Source: a virus
Taxonomy: Duplodnaviria > Caudoviricetes
Length of the DNA stretch: 60,124 bases
Reading direction: 5' to 3' (one strand)
IMG/VR virus record: IMGVR_UViG_3300033388_004729
Location: 1-60,124 of that record
Every line of letters begins with the position of its first letter. Position 1 is the first letter of the stretch. A model generated the notes under the pieces. The model had not been told where the DNA came from. It saw nothing but the letters and a program-made list of their open reading frames with translations, and ran no database searches. This document shows positions 49,203 to 58,865 of the stretch, one piece after another. Both the position numbers and the translations under genes were made by a program.

Positions 49203-50516
49203 TTACATCTTTAGTATCCGGCTGCGCCCCCGGGATGTGGGGATACTATTTATTTGAACTGGTGCCGTGGTCAATATATTGAATGCTCCAGATGTGGCGT
49301 CAACAATATCATCATGTGCGCCCATCGGGAATTGTTCGAATTCATCCAGCGCAACAGTATTCCACTCACCTTCAATCATGTGGACATTACCATTGAGAAC
49401 CGCGGCAGATAACGGGGTAGCACGAACCGGCTTAGACCCTGTGCTGGATATCCCTTCAAAATAATATCCTTTTAGAATGTTGCGAGCATAATATGATATC
49501 AATGATTTACCCGATGCACCACCTTCCTGCTCCATGTATATCTTTGTTTTTACACCGTCTACTTTTGCAGTTTGTTTAATTATCCGTTCTACTTCCGCAG
49601 CTTCTTCCCTCACACGAATAATATTTTTAATCCAGAATCGTCCCTTCTCTTCTGATAATAAAACCCCAGATGTCCAATCAGGATTTTTACTTTCGCTTAT
49701 ATCCGTTGCGGCTAAGTCCCAAAATCTTACATTGTTGCTACCACCACCGCCCGACACAACCTCAAAATCAGACCGTTTAAACATACCGCCGGTCCTAGAA
49801 TATGGGGTCTGTTGATACATAGCCGCCCACCAGTACGCCCCCACGGTGTCCCGGATTGCCTCTAATGATTCAATGGGATATCTATCACCCCAGAGCGGAT
49901 CACCAACATTTCGACCAAGGATATCATTCTCTTCTGCAATGGCAGGGAATTTGAGAACATCCCACTGCTCACCACCAGCATCCATTTCTTTTAATAGTAA
50001 TCCGCCCAAATCTTCAGGGTGCCAGCGGGTCATAATCAAGATAATTGCTGCGTTGGGTTCCAGCCGAGTGTATGCTGTGGATTGATACCAATCCCACGCT
50101 TTATCACGTTTTAGCTCGCTGTTTGCATCTTCAGCGTTTTTAACTGGATCGTCTATCAATAGCAAATCCGCGCCCTTTCCTGTGATGGCACCACCCACAC
50201 CTGCAGTATTCATACCGCCGGTATGATTAACTATATCCCATCGGTTTCTTGCTGATGAATCAGATCGTACAGACAATCCAAATATTTCAGACCCATATTC
50301 TTCAAAAACATTCCGGGCTTTCCACCCCCATGATGCAGCGAAATCTGCCTCGTAGCTGGTGAGTATTACCCGCTTGTCGGGGCCGTGACCTAAAAACCAA
50401 GGAGGAAAATACTGAGAAATGAATTGTGATTTACCGCTCCTTGGTGGCATTAATACCATTAATCGTTTTATATCCCCTGTCGCAACCTGAACTAATTTAT
50501 CAGATAATAATAACAA
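49203..50516 (-). CDS. terL: terminase large subunit
   Basis: MPPRSGKS Walker A, GKGADLLLIDDP, IMTRWH, YQQ.P, FWDLA, HDDIVDA nuclease; the frame stays open upstream to about 50594. Confidence 0.95.
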   Translation of the reverse strand: MLLLSDKLVQVATGDIKRLMVLMPPRSGKSQFISQYFPPWFLGHGPDKRVILTSYEADFAASWGWKARNVFEEYGSEIFGLSVRSDSSARNRWDIVNHTGGMNTAGVGGAITGKGADLLLIDDPVKNAEDANSELKRDKAWDWYQSTAYTRLEPNAAIILIMTRWHPEDLGGLLLKEMDAGGEQWDVLKFPAIAEENDILGRNVGDPLWGDRYPIESLEAIRDTVGAYWWAAMYQQTPYSRTGGMFKRSDFEVVSGGGGSNNVRFWDLAATDISESKNPDWTSGVLLSEEKGRFWIKNIIRVREEAAEVERIIKQTAKVDGVKTKIYMEQEGGASGKSLISYYARNILKGYYFEGISSTGSKPVRATPLSAAVLNGNVHMIEGEWNTVALDEFEQFPMGAHDDIVDATSGAFNILTTAPVQINSIPTSRGRSRILKM

Positions 50517-50590
50517 ATGTTTAGCAGGTAGCCACCTGCCGCGGCTGGCAGTTATTGAAAATAGTGCAGGAGTTACAAATTCATAGATAA

Positions 50591-51016
50591 TTATTCCTCT
50601 TTGATTTCGGATAATTTCTTTGCAAGGTCATTTGCTTTTTTCAGTACACCCGGGTCTGAGGAGATGGCCAATACAATGGGTTTAGTTACTTCAAGTTCGA
50701 CGGGATGTTTGTCTAGTCCTTGTAATTTGGCTTTGAACTCCTCAATTTTCAGCCATTCATTTTTTCCAATAGAAGTAAAACTCTGCTGTTCATCTAAGCG
50801 CCTGAGCATACCGGCCAGTGAATGTCGCTCGAGCGATAACGTCATATCATCGATTCTCTGCAAAAATTCGGGTTCGTGTTTCCAGCGTGAAATGGTAGAT
50901 TCTTGAATGTTGAATCTAGTTGCTATGTCTCGCTGTGTGCCGTCGCCTTCTGCTATTGCTTGTGCAACGGCAAGTTTATTCTCAGACCATCCGCCCTTTT
51001 TAGCATTAATTGGCAT
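50591..51016 (-). CDS. terS: terminase small subunit (HTH)
   Basis: TQRDIA...IQESTISRWK..EF HTH immediately upstream of terL. Confidence 0.7.
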   Translation of the reverse strand: MPINAKKGGWSENKLAVAQAIAEGDGTQRDIATRFNIQESTISRWKHEPEFLQRIDDMTLSLERHSLAGMLRRLDEQQSFTSIGKNEWLKIEEFKAKLQGLDKHPVELEVTKPIVLAISSDPGVLKKANDLAKKLSEIKEE

Positions 51017-51549
51017 TGTTAATCAGTTACTTTTACCTTTATACCGATAGGACTTCCTGTGCTTTGATTTAGTAGTCTTCTCTTGGTCTTTGGTGGTGTC
51101 GGTCGGAATATTTTCTACTCGCTTAGGTTTGATTGTATCGTTCTTCATATTATAGTCCATTGTTATATCGCCGTTCAACCATTACAAACGGCGTCCATTT
51201 CCAACCATTTTTATATACACGATGTTGTGAAAACATTGACCCATGTGTTGATGTCCATTTTCCAAAGTTTATCCAAATCATTTATTTGCCTCCATCATAA
51301 TGATAAGATATTATTATTTGATATTAGTTATAGTTTTTCTATACAAATCAGCATACTCATAGATGCCAGTATGCTGCACACAGATATCTTGGCATTCTTT
51401 GCATAGACATATACTTCGCTGTTTATTGTGCGGACAGATTAACATATAATAACCACACGCCGTATAAGTTCAAAGTAACACTTCCCCTACTATATTTCAA
51501 ATTCTAGATACCCTGCGCCGGGTGCCTGTCGTGTGGGCAGATTCTTATA

Positions 51550-51834
51550 TTAATCAACTCTTATAATCTCTGCAATGTACATCCCGGTTGGCCAATTCGA
51601 GCCGTAGCCTTGAACATGATATAATGCAAGCACATCGATATCTTCGTTGTGTACACCATAATCCAACACGCGATAATAATGTTCAGTTAGTCGCATAACT
51701 CCATTATTTGAAATCCGATGATATACACAATAATATAATATATCATCTAATATTTCTGTTAGCATATATCGATTATTTGGATAACCACGTTTGTATAGCA
51801 GTTTTTGCAGTTTCCTTGCCTCGTAGATGTTCAT
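51550..51834 (-). CDS. hypothetical protein
   Basis: 94 aa, ATGA overlap. Confidence 0.5.
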   Translation of the reverse strand: MNIYEARKLQKLLYKRGYPNNRYMLTEILDDILYYCVYHRISNNGVMRLTEHYYRVLDYGVHNEDIDVLALYHVQGYGSNWPTGMYIAEIIRVD

Positions 51835-52037
51835 GGTTGGTCATCTCCTGTCAACTTCCAATCCTTAGATTCAATCTCGTCTAAAACCCTGCGCAGGTCG
51901 TTATACTCAGACTTATAACACAGGTTAGTATCGACCAAATCCACAGAGATAATTTCATCATTGCATTCTGTGACCTTTGCTATAACGAATCCGTCGTCGT
52001 CTTGGTATTCTGTTAGGTCATATTTAATTTGTTTCAT
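51831..52037 (-). CDS. hypothetical protein
   Basis: N-terminus MKQIKYDLTEYQD shared with 52034..52315. Confidence 0.55.
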   Translation of the reverse strand: MKQIKYDLTEYQDDDGFVIAKVTECNDEIISVDLVDTNLCYKSEYNDLRRVLDEIESKDWKLTGDDQP

Positions 52038-52315
52038 GGTGGTTTGCCTCTTATTTCATCTATTATCATATTCGTACATACAGCAATTGTGAATAATGTT
52101 TGTTGTGTACCTAAATATTGCATTGGATATATGTAAGCAAATTTCACAGACGAATTGTTACAAACACTACACATCATCTCCCGTGTAGTCCGTTTTGAGT
52201 TTTCACTCGTATTAACACATTGAAATCTACTTTTATCATTTGATGTATATCCACATGCCACACATTCAAATTCTTCATCCTGGTATTCAGTCATGTCGTA
52301 TTTCTTGGTTTTCAT
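52034..52315 (-). CDS. Zn-finger hypothetical protein
   Basis: MKTKKYDMTEYQD, CVAC...CSVC. Confidence 0.55.
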   Translation of the reverse strand: MKTKKYDMTEYQDEEFECVACGYTSNDKSRFQCVNTSENSKRTTREMMCSVCNNSSVKFAYIYPMQYLGTQQTLFTIAVCTNMIIDEIRGKPP

Positions 52316-52427
52316 GGTTTTCTCCTCAGTTTATCCATCAACCAATAAACCTTCAATTCGGTTGCTATAACCTTTATTGATTCATTGATTGCTTCATTCA
52401 AACATTCAATTTCTTCAATGGTGGTTT

Positions 52428-52688
52428 TCATTCGACCGCCTCATATGTCTCAAGGAATATATCATTCTTGATTGGATATAATTCACCGTGGACTCCTTTG
52501 ATTACCCAATCGGTTACATTCGCTTTCATATTCCCTTCATGTGTGGGGATATTCAAGTGTACATAACATGTATTGGTTAATATTGTCCGTCCAGAGAAAT
52601 CTATTATTTCTTTCTTGTTGTCTCCGGTGTACTGCACCGCTTCAATTACTACCGGTTTCTTTCTATATTTGTTCATTTTATTCACCAT
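52428..52688 (-). CDS. conserved phage protein (KKPVVIEAVQ family)
   Basis: YRKKPVVIEAVQYTG...IPT.EG.M.A...DWVIKG..GE.YP.K.DIF..TYE. Confidence 0.8.
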   Translation of the reverse strand: MVNKMNKYRKKPVVIEAVQYTGDNKKEIIDFSGRTILTNTCYVHLNIPTHEGNMKANVTDWVIKGVHGELYPIKNDIFLETYEAVE

Positions 52689-53034
52689 TCTTTATCTGAG
52701 CCGATTCTAAGCCAATATTAGTATAATTGGTATATGCACCTACCTTATGCACCGTTCGCGGCGTGAGCCAGGCCTGCACCATCACAGCGACGCATTCAGA
52801 GCGCAGTTTGCTATACTCTCCGACAGATGATTTGGTAGCAGGAGTAAATGTAATCGCATTGTTGATTGTGCATCCAGGGTGATCCTGATAATATCCGTGA
52901 ATATCTAACAGGCGCCGCATGTGTTCAAGCCCCTCTGTGGTGTGGGTTCGTGATGTGGGTTTTGTTCTCATAACATACACCTCACCATGCATCGTAATTC
53001 TTCGCACACCTTGCGCAGACCCAGTGATCCCCAT
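52678..53034 (-). CDS. hypothetical protein
   Basis: ORF in co-oriented run. Confidence 0.45.
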   Translation of the reverse strand: MGITGSAQGVRRITMHGEVYVMRTKPTSRTHTTEGLEHMRRLLDIHGYYQDHPGCTINNAITFTPATKSSVGEYSKLRSECVAVMVQAWLTPRTVHKVGAYTNYTNIGLESAQIKNGE

Positions 53035-53292
53035 GCACTAATGTTTTATACGATTTAATCTCGCGGCCACAGTCCGAGCAAGTTTCTATTTCTTTTTGTT
53101 TTGTCATATCATTACCTAATTATCTTCCATTCTGGTACTCTAGTACCGGCTGGACATCCTTTCGGTGCTTTGTCATACTGAACAAAACACGGTCCAAACC
53201 AACAACCATCAATTACACATCCCCAATTAAACGTGTTTGTTGCTGTGATTTCAGGTAGTTCTTCTTTAGTTTTGTATATTTTCATGATTCAT

Positions 53293-53502
53293 TCACCCCT
53301 TATGTTTCCATTTTATTATACCTGTAATGCAAATATACCACAATGCAATATTCAATGGTATTAGCCCCCACGCTTCATTATAATAAATGAATAGTACCCA
53401 TAGAACTTGTGCCACAACCCCAATATACAACCCCTCTAATATTTGCCGTGATAACAAATACATGTACAATATTGTTATAATTGATATTAATATGTCTAAC
53501 AT
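53293..53502 (-). CDS. small PnuC-like membrane protein
   Basis: Three hydrophobic helices, Q.LW...G...W.K end. Confidence 0.55.
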   Translation of the reverse strand: MLDILISIITILYMYLLSRQILEGLYIGVVAQVLWVLFIYYNEAWGLIPLNIALWYICITGIIKWKHKG

Positions 53503-53523
53503 TTTATTTCCATCCTGTCGAGT

Positions 53524-53967
53524 TCAAGTGCTCGACGTGTGATTTGAATCGATATGATTAGCTAACCACTCATCAACTTCAGATTTGTTATTAAATCCAA
53601 GTGTTGCCTGTAGTAATTGATAGCCTTTAAGACCAATGGATTTATCACGATACATCTTTAAAATATTAGGATTTGATTTTAGATATATCTGCCTGCCAAC
53701 ATCAATGTCAATTTCTGCTTGTTGATTGGACTCTTTCGTTTCAATATCTTGAATCAAGTGATTTAACAAATTTATCTGGCCGGTTAATCCTTCTATTTCT
53801 TTTTGGATTTGCTCTTTTTGAAGTGAGTCATTTATCCCTAACCAACCGGTGATTATATCCCTGACAAATGGAGCCACAGGATTGCCATTTGCACGTCGTT
53901 CTAATTCAGTGATTTGCCACTCTTCTAATCGTATAGGATATAATTTAAGTGCCATTATCAATTCCAT
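53524..53967 (-). CDS. RHH-like regulator with coiled coil
   Basis: YPIRLEEWQ...L...VAPFVRDII; heptad region follows. Confidence 0.55.
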   Translation of the reverse strand: MELIMALKLYPIRLEEWQITELERRANGNPVAPFVRDIITGWLGINDSLQKEQIQKEIEGLTGQINLLNHLIQDIETKESNQQAEIDIDVGRQIYLKSNPNILKMYRDKSIGLKGYQLLQATLGFNNKSEVDEWLANHIDSNHTSST

Positions 53968-54099
53968 CCATATATTGATCCAGTAATCTCCTAAGCAACG
54001 GCCCTAATTGTGCATGTGGTGCAAGGTGATTAAGTCGATCGAGTTGTTCAGTGTGTATATTAATTCCTTTTTGTGTTAAAACCATTTGATTTCACCATG

Positions 54100-54488
54100 T
54101 ATATAAGTATACCAATGGTATATATATATGCCTATTCTGTTCTGCGGTTGTCTAGTTATACTACTTTATTATACTATATAACTATATATAACGATAACTC
54201 TAATTATAAATAAGTATATAGTGGCCCGTGAAAAAAATCATATTTAGATATATATATATAACTATTAGTCAAATACGTTGTCTGGTGGATGGTAGTATAT
54301 TTTATCATTTAATCTACCGGTGTATATATATAATTATACATTTGCTATAATTTAAAATAAAATAGATAAAGACATATAAAATATTACATCAAAGCAAAAC
54401 ATTATTTGATAAACAGCATATAAAAACACAGCACAAAATCTTAAAAAATATTAAATGTCGCTGCAGATATAATTATATATATGATAAC
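54100..54488. other. AT-rich non-coding region, candidate replication origin/promoter
   Basis: About 390 bp without a long ORF, many (TA)n runs, directly downstream of MCM. Confidence 0.4.
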
Positions 54489-56477
54489 TTAAACACATCT
54501 CAGACATCCACCACTTGGCTCAAAAATTGCACCTTCTTTCTTCATATGTTTAATAGTATGCTCTAATTCTTCTGCTGTCATACCTTGATCATCCACTCGA
54601 ATTGCTATGTCAGCATATTTAACCGGGCCATCTTTTTGTAATTCTTTAATAATATCCCTTATAAGTTTTGCTTTATCACGCTGACTTTTTGAAATGCCAG
54701 TTTCTACTATTGATGAATCTAACTCCCCGGATTCGTCTAAACTGGTTTCTCGCATAGATGCATCAATTAGTTTAATGGCTCGTTCTGCATCAACTACATC
54801 AGCAGTATTAGATAATCTTAGTTTAGCCTCAGATCGGGTCAATCGGATAAGTGCCTCTAAATTTCTCGTGGTTATGCTGACCACGTCATCAGACGGATTA
54901 TACCCCCCCCTTAAACCAAGATAGTAAGATTTGATTTTATCTAATGCTCTAGGTAATAACTCAACATCCTTAATTTGTCGTGCGATTGAAATATACTTAC
55001 GAATGATATCTATTTGGTTAATATCAACAGTATGATTATTACTCCAGGCACCAACAAGAATATCGGTTATTTTCTCATCAATTTTAGGTGTTGGAGTATC
55101 AAACATTGTAAATATCAAATCAAATCGACTTAATGTATCAGGCCGAATATTTACCTGTTCTGAGATTGATTCAAATCTATCAAATCGCCCGGCCTTTGGA
55201 TTCATGGCACATAATACCGGACATCTCGCCCATAATGTACAATTTATCCCCGCTTTGTTGATATGAATTGTTGAAGATGATAATACCGTGTTTAGTTTTG
55301 GGACGTCTTCATCACGCATTTTATCAAGTTCGTCTATGATGGCTACGGACCGGTCTGATAATACTAATGACCCGGCTTCTAAGGACCACTTAGAACCATA
55401 GAAATCATCCCGTATCACAGCGGCTGTAAGGCCTGCCCGGGTTGACCCGTCGCCTGTGGCCAATTGTGACCGTGGGATTAATTGTTTTACATTTGCTAAA
55501 AGTGTAGACTTTGCAGTGGAAGGATCACCACAGATTAATACATGAGCATAGCCCCGCTGGATTGTCCCATCGGGGCGCAGTATATTTCCTCCTGATACCG
55601 CTGCAGCAAGAAGAGACTCCTTAATTATTTCATATCCATAAATTGATGATGCAAAGCCTTTAACTAATTCATCCACTACATTGTTTTTTTTAGACATTTC
55701 TATAATATGTCGATGGTCTTCATCGGTGATTTCAATGTCTGTTTCAGTATCATTAATATTTACATATCCACCCTCTAACATCATTTCAAATTGTGTGGTT
55801 TTCTGATTGTTATTTGTCTTTTGAAATGCTCTAAGTATGCCGGTGATAGTTACCCGATTACCTGGTAGGACCACACCTGTTATATCTCCATCGATTTGTA
55901 CGTCAATAGTCTGCGGCTGTTCGCCGCCATTAAGATCTTCGGGCGATTCCTGTAGTCGTAGTTTCTGAGTATCAACCATTTTAGAGGTACTCAGTAATAA
56001 TTTGAATGGCCCTTTTCGACCACACATTTCATTTTCACATTCCAAGGGTTCGGTGAATTTATAACCAACTTGGTGTATCTCAGTTACATAACTACATCGC
56101 TGGCATTCAAATTGTGCAATAGTTATCCGGGGCCACACCTCAGATATTTTTTGAACTAACCCAGATACTGTAATAAGTTTATTTATCTTTTCAGTTCTTA
56201 TATCTCGGACCCTCATTGGTTTTTCAATGCCTGAAATGCGAACCGTTGGATTCCAATTATCATCAATAGGCACCGGAATTGACATGTTTTTAAGTCCTTC
56301 ATCCAATTCAGATAATACTTTGTCTGGATCATCAAATAACAAATCCCACATTTCAATATTAAATTTACTGAATACCGTAGAATCTATATTCAGGCTCTTT
56401 TGTTCTGGCCACATCCTGGCCAAATCCAGGACATCATCCCAGTAATATATTTTGAAAAAGTCTTCAGCCCATTGCAT
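54489..56477 (-). CDS. mcm: MCM replicative helicase (archaeal type)
   Basis: Zn finger CQRC/CENEMC, LQESPE...GEQP, Walker A GDPSTAKS, LEAGSLVL, IDELDKM, NPK.GRF, arginine finger LSRFDLIF, TRNLE. Confidence 0.96.
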   Translation of the reverse strand: MQWAEDFFKIYYWDDVLDLARMWPEQKSLNIDSTVFSKFNIEMWDLLFDDPDKVLSELDEGLKNMSIPVPIDDNWNPTVRISGIEKPMRVRDIRTEKINKLITVSGLVQKISEVWPRITIAQFECQRCSYVTEIHQVGYKFTEPLECENEMCGRKGPFKLLLSTSKMVDTQKLRLQESPEDLNGGEQPQTIDVQIDGDITGVVLPGNRVTITGILRAFQKTNNNQKTTQFEMMLEGGYVNINDTETDIEITDEDHRHIIEMSKKNNVVDELVKGFASSIYGYEIIKESLLAAAVSGGNILRPDGTIQRGYAHVLICGDPSTAKSTLLANVKQLIPRSQLATGDGSTRAGLTAAVIRDDFYGSKWSLEAGSLVLSDRSVAIIDELDKMRDEDVPKLNTVLSSSTIHINKAGINCTLWARCPVLCAMNPKAGRFDRFESISEQVNIRPDTLSRFDLIFTMFDTPTPKIDEKITDILVGAWSNNHTVDINQIDIIRKYISIARQIKDVELLPRALDKIKSYYLGLRGGYNPSDDVVSITTRNLEALIRLTRSEAKLRLSNTADVVDAERAIKLIDASMRETSLDESGELDSSIVETGISKSQRDKAKLIRDIIKELQKDGPVKYADIAIRVDDQGMTAEELEHTIKHMKKEGAIFEPSGGCLRCV

Positions 56478-56487
56478 ATCAATAACC

Positions 56488-57156
56488 TCATTTGTCAGGA
56501 TATGTCAGAACCGTTATACCCTGTGATTCAAACGCTTCTTTAAATCGCAGGTCGGTTGTGAATAGATATAATTGTTCAGTGTGTAAATAATGTTTATATG
56601 TATTAAGTTGTCTAAGTGTTTCACCGAAGCTTTTTATTACAGGCTTAACTTCTATGTATGTTTTAGGGAACGGGTGATAATTGCTTAACTGAATATATTC
56701 CAAGTGTTCTAACCCATCTATCCAATTTATTTCAATGTCAGTATATCCAACTAAAAACCCATTCTTAGCAGTAATTGGGACTTCGGATTTAATTATTCCA
56801 ATTTCACCAATAAGCTTAGTAGCCGGGAGTAATAAATGAGCAATTGAGTCATACTCCAACTTTATTAATTTCCAATCATCATTTGACAGTAACCAATTAT
56901 ATCCTTCTGGCAGGGTCTTATAATTAATTAAATCGGCTTGTAAATTTGGGGCAGAAATAGAAGTTTGTCCCTTTTTAAAACAATCCACACTAATTGGTTC
57001 TATATATATTTTGCTGGGCTTTGGCAGTATATTAAGAACATTATCTTTATTCAACAACCACAAAACCATTTCATCGTGTTTTGGTGTAGATAATGTTTGA
57101 TCATCTAATTTCCACAACTTCTCAGTGGTAGTATATCGATCCTTTTGACCAGTCAT
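56488..57156 (-). CDS. PD-(D/E)xK nuclease-like protein
   Basis: SEVP...GYTDI...YIEVKP...LRQL..Y. Confidence 0.6.
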   Translation of the reverse strand: MTGQKDRYTTTEKLWKLDDQTLSTPKHDEMVLWLLNKDNVLNILPKPSKIYIEPISVDCFKKGQTSISAPNLQADLINYKTLPEGYNWLLSNDDWKLIKLEYDSIAHLLLPATKLIGEIGIIKSEVPITAKNGFLVGYTDIEINWIDGLEHLEYIQLSNYHPFPKTYIEVKPVIKSFGETLRQLNTYKHYLHTEQLYLFTTDLRFKEAFESQGITVLTYPDK

Positions 57157-57287
57157 TCTACCACAACCACGGTATTAAGTAGCAAGTCTTCGATTACATC
57201 ACTGACTGAATTTAACCCGTGTTGTGATTTATAGATTTTAATTTTCAAGTTAGACTTTTCACTAATATCTATCAAATGTTTAACCAT
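57153..57287 (-). CDS. 44-aa RHH-like regulator
   Basis: HLIDISE...KI..YK..HG..SVSDVIEDLL; ATGA overlap. Confidence 0.55.
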   Translation of the reverse strand: MVKHLIDISEKSNLKIKIYKSQHGLNSVSDVIEDLLLNTVVVVE

Positions 57288-57354
57288 ATAATAACTCCTT
57301 ATATTCGATAGTATATATTAGTATTAATAGTATATATAACCACCCCCTACTATA

Positions 57355-57471
57355 ATCACCGGGATTGCACCCATGCCATTTTGGCGACAGTCCACACCGA
57401 AGCCCATCGCCTATGTATTCGATATTGGTTTAGGAGGCGATGATAGAATCGGATTAATCTCATGTGTGATA
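57355..57471 (-). ncRNA. candidate structured RNA with tRNA-like 3' end
   Basis: ATCAC...GTGAT closing stem, CATCGCCT/AGGCGATG stem, GCCA-AAA-TGGC hairpin, GGG-TGCAAT-CCC T-arm-like hairpin. Confidence 0.3.
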
Positions 57472-57490
57472 CCAATATATAAAAATTGAA

Positions 57491-57542
57491 ATGCGCCGCC
57501 ATTTATGGCGGTGATGGTTACTTCGTATAGCACCCATGCATC
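57491..57542 (-). repeat. cassette-junction repeat R1 (terminal, truncated)
   Basis: GATGCATGGGTGCTATACGAAGTAAC...CGCCAT-AA-ATGGCG then T-rich tract. Confidence 0.7.
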
Positions 57543-57545
57543 GTT

Positions 57546-57734
57546 TTAATTCATACTATTAATTTGTGTTTGGGTGTTTTGTAGGTTTACATCACATTCA
57601 CAAACATATTGTATTTTATCTGTTATTTTAGAACTTCCACTCATACATTTTATATTTAGATTACAGACAAAAGGGCATGTGTTAAACCCGTTTGGTCCAA
57701 CGTCTGTATTTCTCATATCAATTTTAGATACCAT
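57546..57734 (-). CDS. cassette ORF, Cys-containing hypothetical
   Basis: 62 aa between R2 and R1, GAGG RBS. Confidence 0.55.
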   Translation of the reverse strand: MVSKIDMRNTDVGPNGFNTCPFVCNLNIKCMSGSSKITDKIQYVCECDVNLQNTQTQINSMN

Positions 57735-57753
57735 TTCTAATTACCTCATTTTT

Positions 57754-57833
57754 ATGCATCATCTTCGTCATGCACCCCCTTTCTAAAGGGGTGTTGGGCT
57801 GGCGTCCGTGACTTCGTATAGCACCGTGCGTAC
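57754..57833 (-). repeat. cassette-junction repeat R2
   Basis: GGTGCTATACGAAGTCAC...CACCCCTTT-AG-AAAGGGGGTG-CATGACGAAGATGATGCAT. Confidence 0.85.
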
Positions 57834-57945
57834 ACTATTATTCATCATCGAAACCATCACCATTATCAAGAGTAATCTGAACTTCTATCAATGCTCTTTC
57901 AACAGCCATTCTCTGTTTAACATTCAATCGACTACTACTTATTAA

Positions 57946-58022
57946 CGTCATGCTTCCGGCTTTTAACCTGGCGTTGGGTGGTCCGCTGCTGGCGCCCGTG
58001 ACTGAGCCAACACCTATGCATC
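57946..58022 (-). repeat. cassette-junction repeat R3
   Basis: GATGCATAGGTGTTGGCTCAGTCAC...GCATGACG; holds the stop codon of 58014..58364. Confidence 0.8.
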
Positions 58023-58364
58023 CTTTTTAAGTGCTTTCTTGACCGCAACATTAAAATCATCTATCGATTCAACAGCAGGAGCAACCATAAACGCACAATC
58101 ATCATATTCAATAAATAATGGGAGGTCTTTCCCAAAAAAATACGCTTTTGGTGTACTTAATTTCAAAACCATTTTTAATTTCAAGAAGTGTGGATAGTTT
58201 ACATCTAAAATATCATATTCAATTTCAGTACACTTTTCACACGACTTCAAGGCTATCTTGTGCCCCAAATCTTCAATTGACAGTGCCTTAATTATTGTAT
58301 TCATTTCATTAACAAAAACACCATGTTTCCGTTCATATTTTGGTATATATTCATCCATTCCCAT
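58014..58364 (-). CDS. cassette ORF, hypothetical (C-terminus resembles a sliding-clamp domain)
   Basis: FGKDLPL.IE....FMVAP; ends KDA-TAG inside R3. Confidence 0.6.
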   Translation of the reverse strand: MGMDEYIPKYERKHGVFVNEMNTIIKALSIEDLGHKIALKSCEKCTEIEYDILDVNYPHFLKLKMVLKLSTPKAYFFGKDLPLFIEYDDCAFMVAPAVESIDDFNVAVKKALKKDA

Positions 58365-58390
58365 TCTTAATCACATCTTTTAGTTATTTT

Positions 58391-58501
58391 TGTATCATCT
58401 CATTCATGCTCTCGGATTGATCCAGGAGTTTTTGCTCGCCCTGGCCGTCCTATGGACGAGTCAGGGACGCGCAAGTGACTTAGAGATAGCACCTATGCAT
58501 C
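58391..58501 (-). repeat. cassette-junction repeat R4
   Basis: GATGCATAGGTGCTATCTCTAAGTCAC-TTGC[hairpin]GCAA-AAA-[hairpin]-CATGAATGAGATGATACA. Confidence 0.88.
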
Positions 58502-58744
58502 GTTAATCGCATCATTCCAACATTCCAATGCCATTCGTACATTATCTTCATGAACACCACCATAGACATCTTCATAACGCATTCCGATTTTTTCAGTAGT
58601 TGGATCATATCCACATTCACATTCTACCCACACCTCACAACAATCTTCTGATACTTGTTGTGAATGTGCCTTAAATTTAGTATTATTTCCACACATGGGA
58701 CATTTAACAAACAAATCGTTATCTTTTAAATGATATTCTAACAT
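58493..58744 (-). CDS. cassette ORF, Lar-like Zn-finger protein
   Basis: CPMCG...VWVECECG...A...WN; ends NDA-TAG inside R4. Confidence 0.6.
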   Translation of the reverse strand: MLEYHLKDNDLFVKCPMCGNNTKFKAHSQQVSEDCCEVWVECECGYDPTTEKIGMRYEDVYGGVHEDNVRMALECWNDAINDA

Positions 58745-58762
58745 TTTTATACCTCTTATATT

Positions 58763-58865
58763 TCGTCATGCATCGTGGCTTTAGCCCGGTGTTTTTGCTG
58801 CACCTAGCCGCTTCGCAAAGCGTGTTAGGTTGCCGCAAGTGACTTAGAGCTAGCACCTATGCATC
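58763..58865 (-). repeat. cassette-junction repeat R5
   Basis: GATGCATAGGTGCTAGCTCTAAGTCAC-TTGC[ACCTA..CGCTT-TGCG-AAGCG..TAGGT]GCAA-AAA-CACC[hairpin]-CATGACGA. Confidence 0.88.

Noticed and set aside
57355-57471. Canonical tRNA gene
   Set aside because: No GTTCRA T-loop, D-arm or anticodon arm of proper spacing; kept only as a low-confidence ncRNA candidate
58391-58865. Pyrrolysine (TAG) readthrough signal, since TAG is followed by stem-loops
   Set aside because: Readthrough at R4 meets a TGA within the repeat, and at R5 it is out of frame with the next ORF; R1, R2 and R6 do not hold the upstream stop
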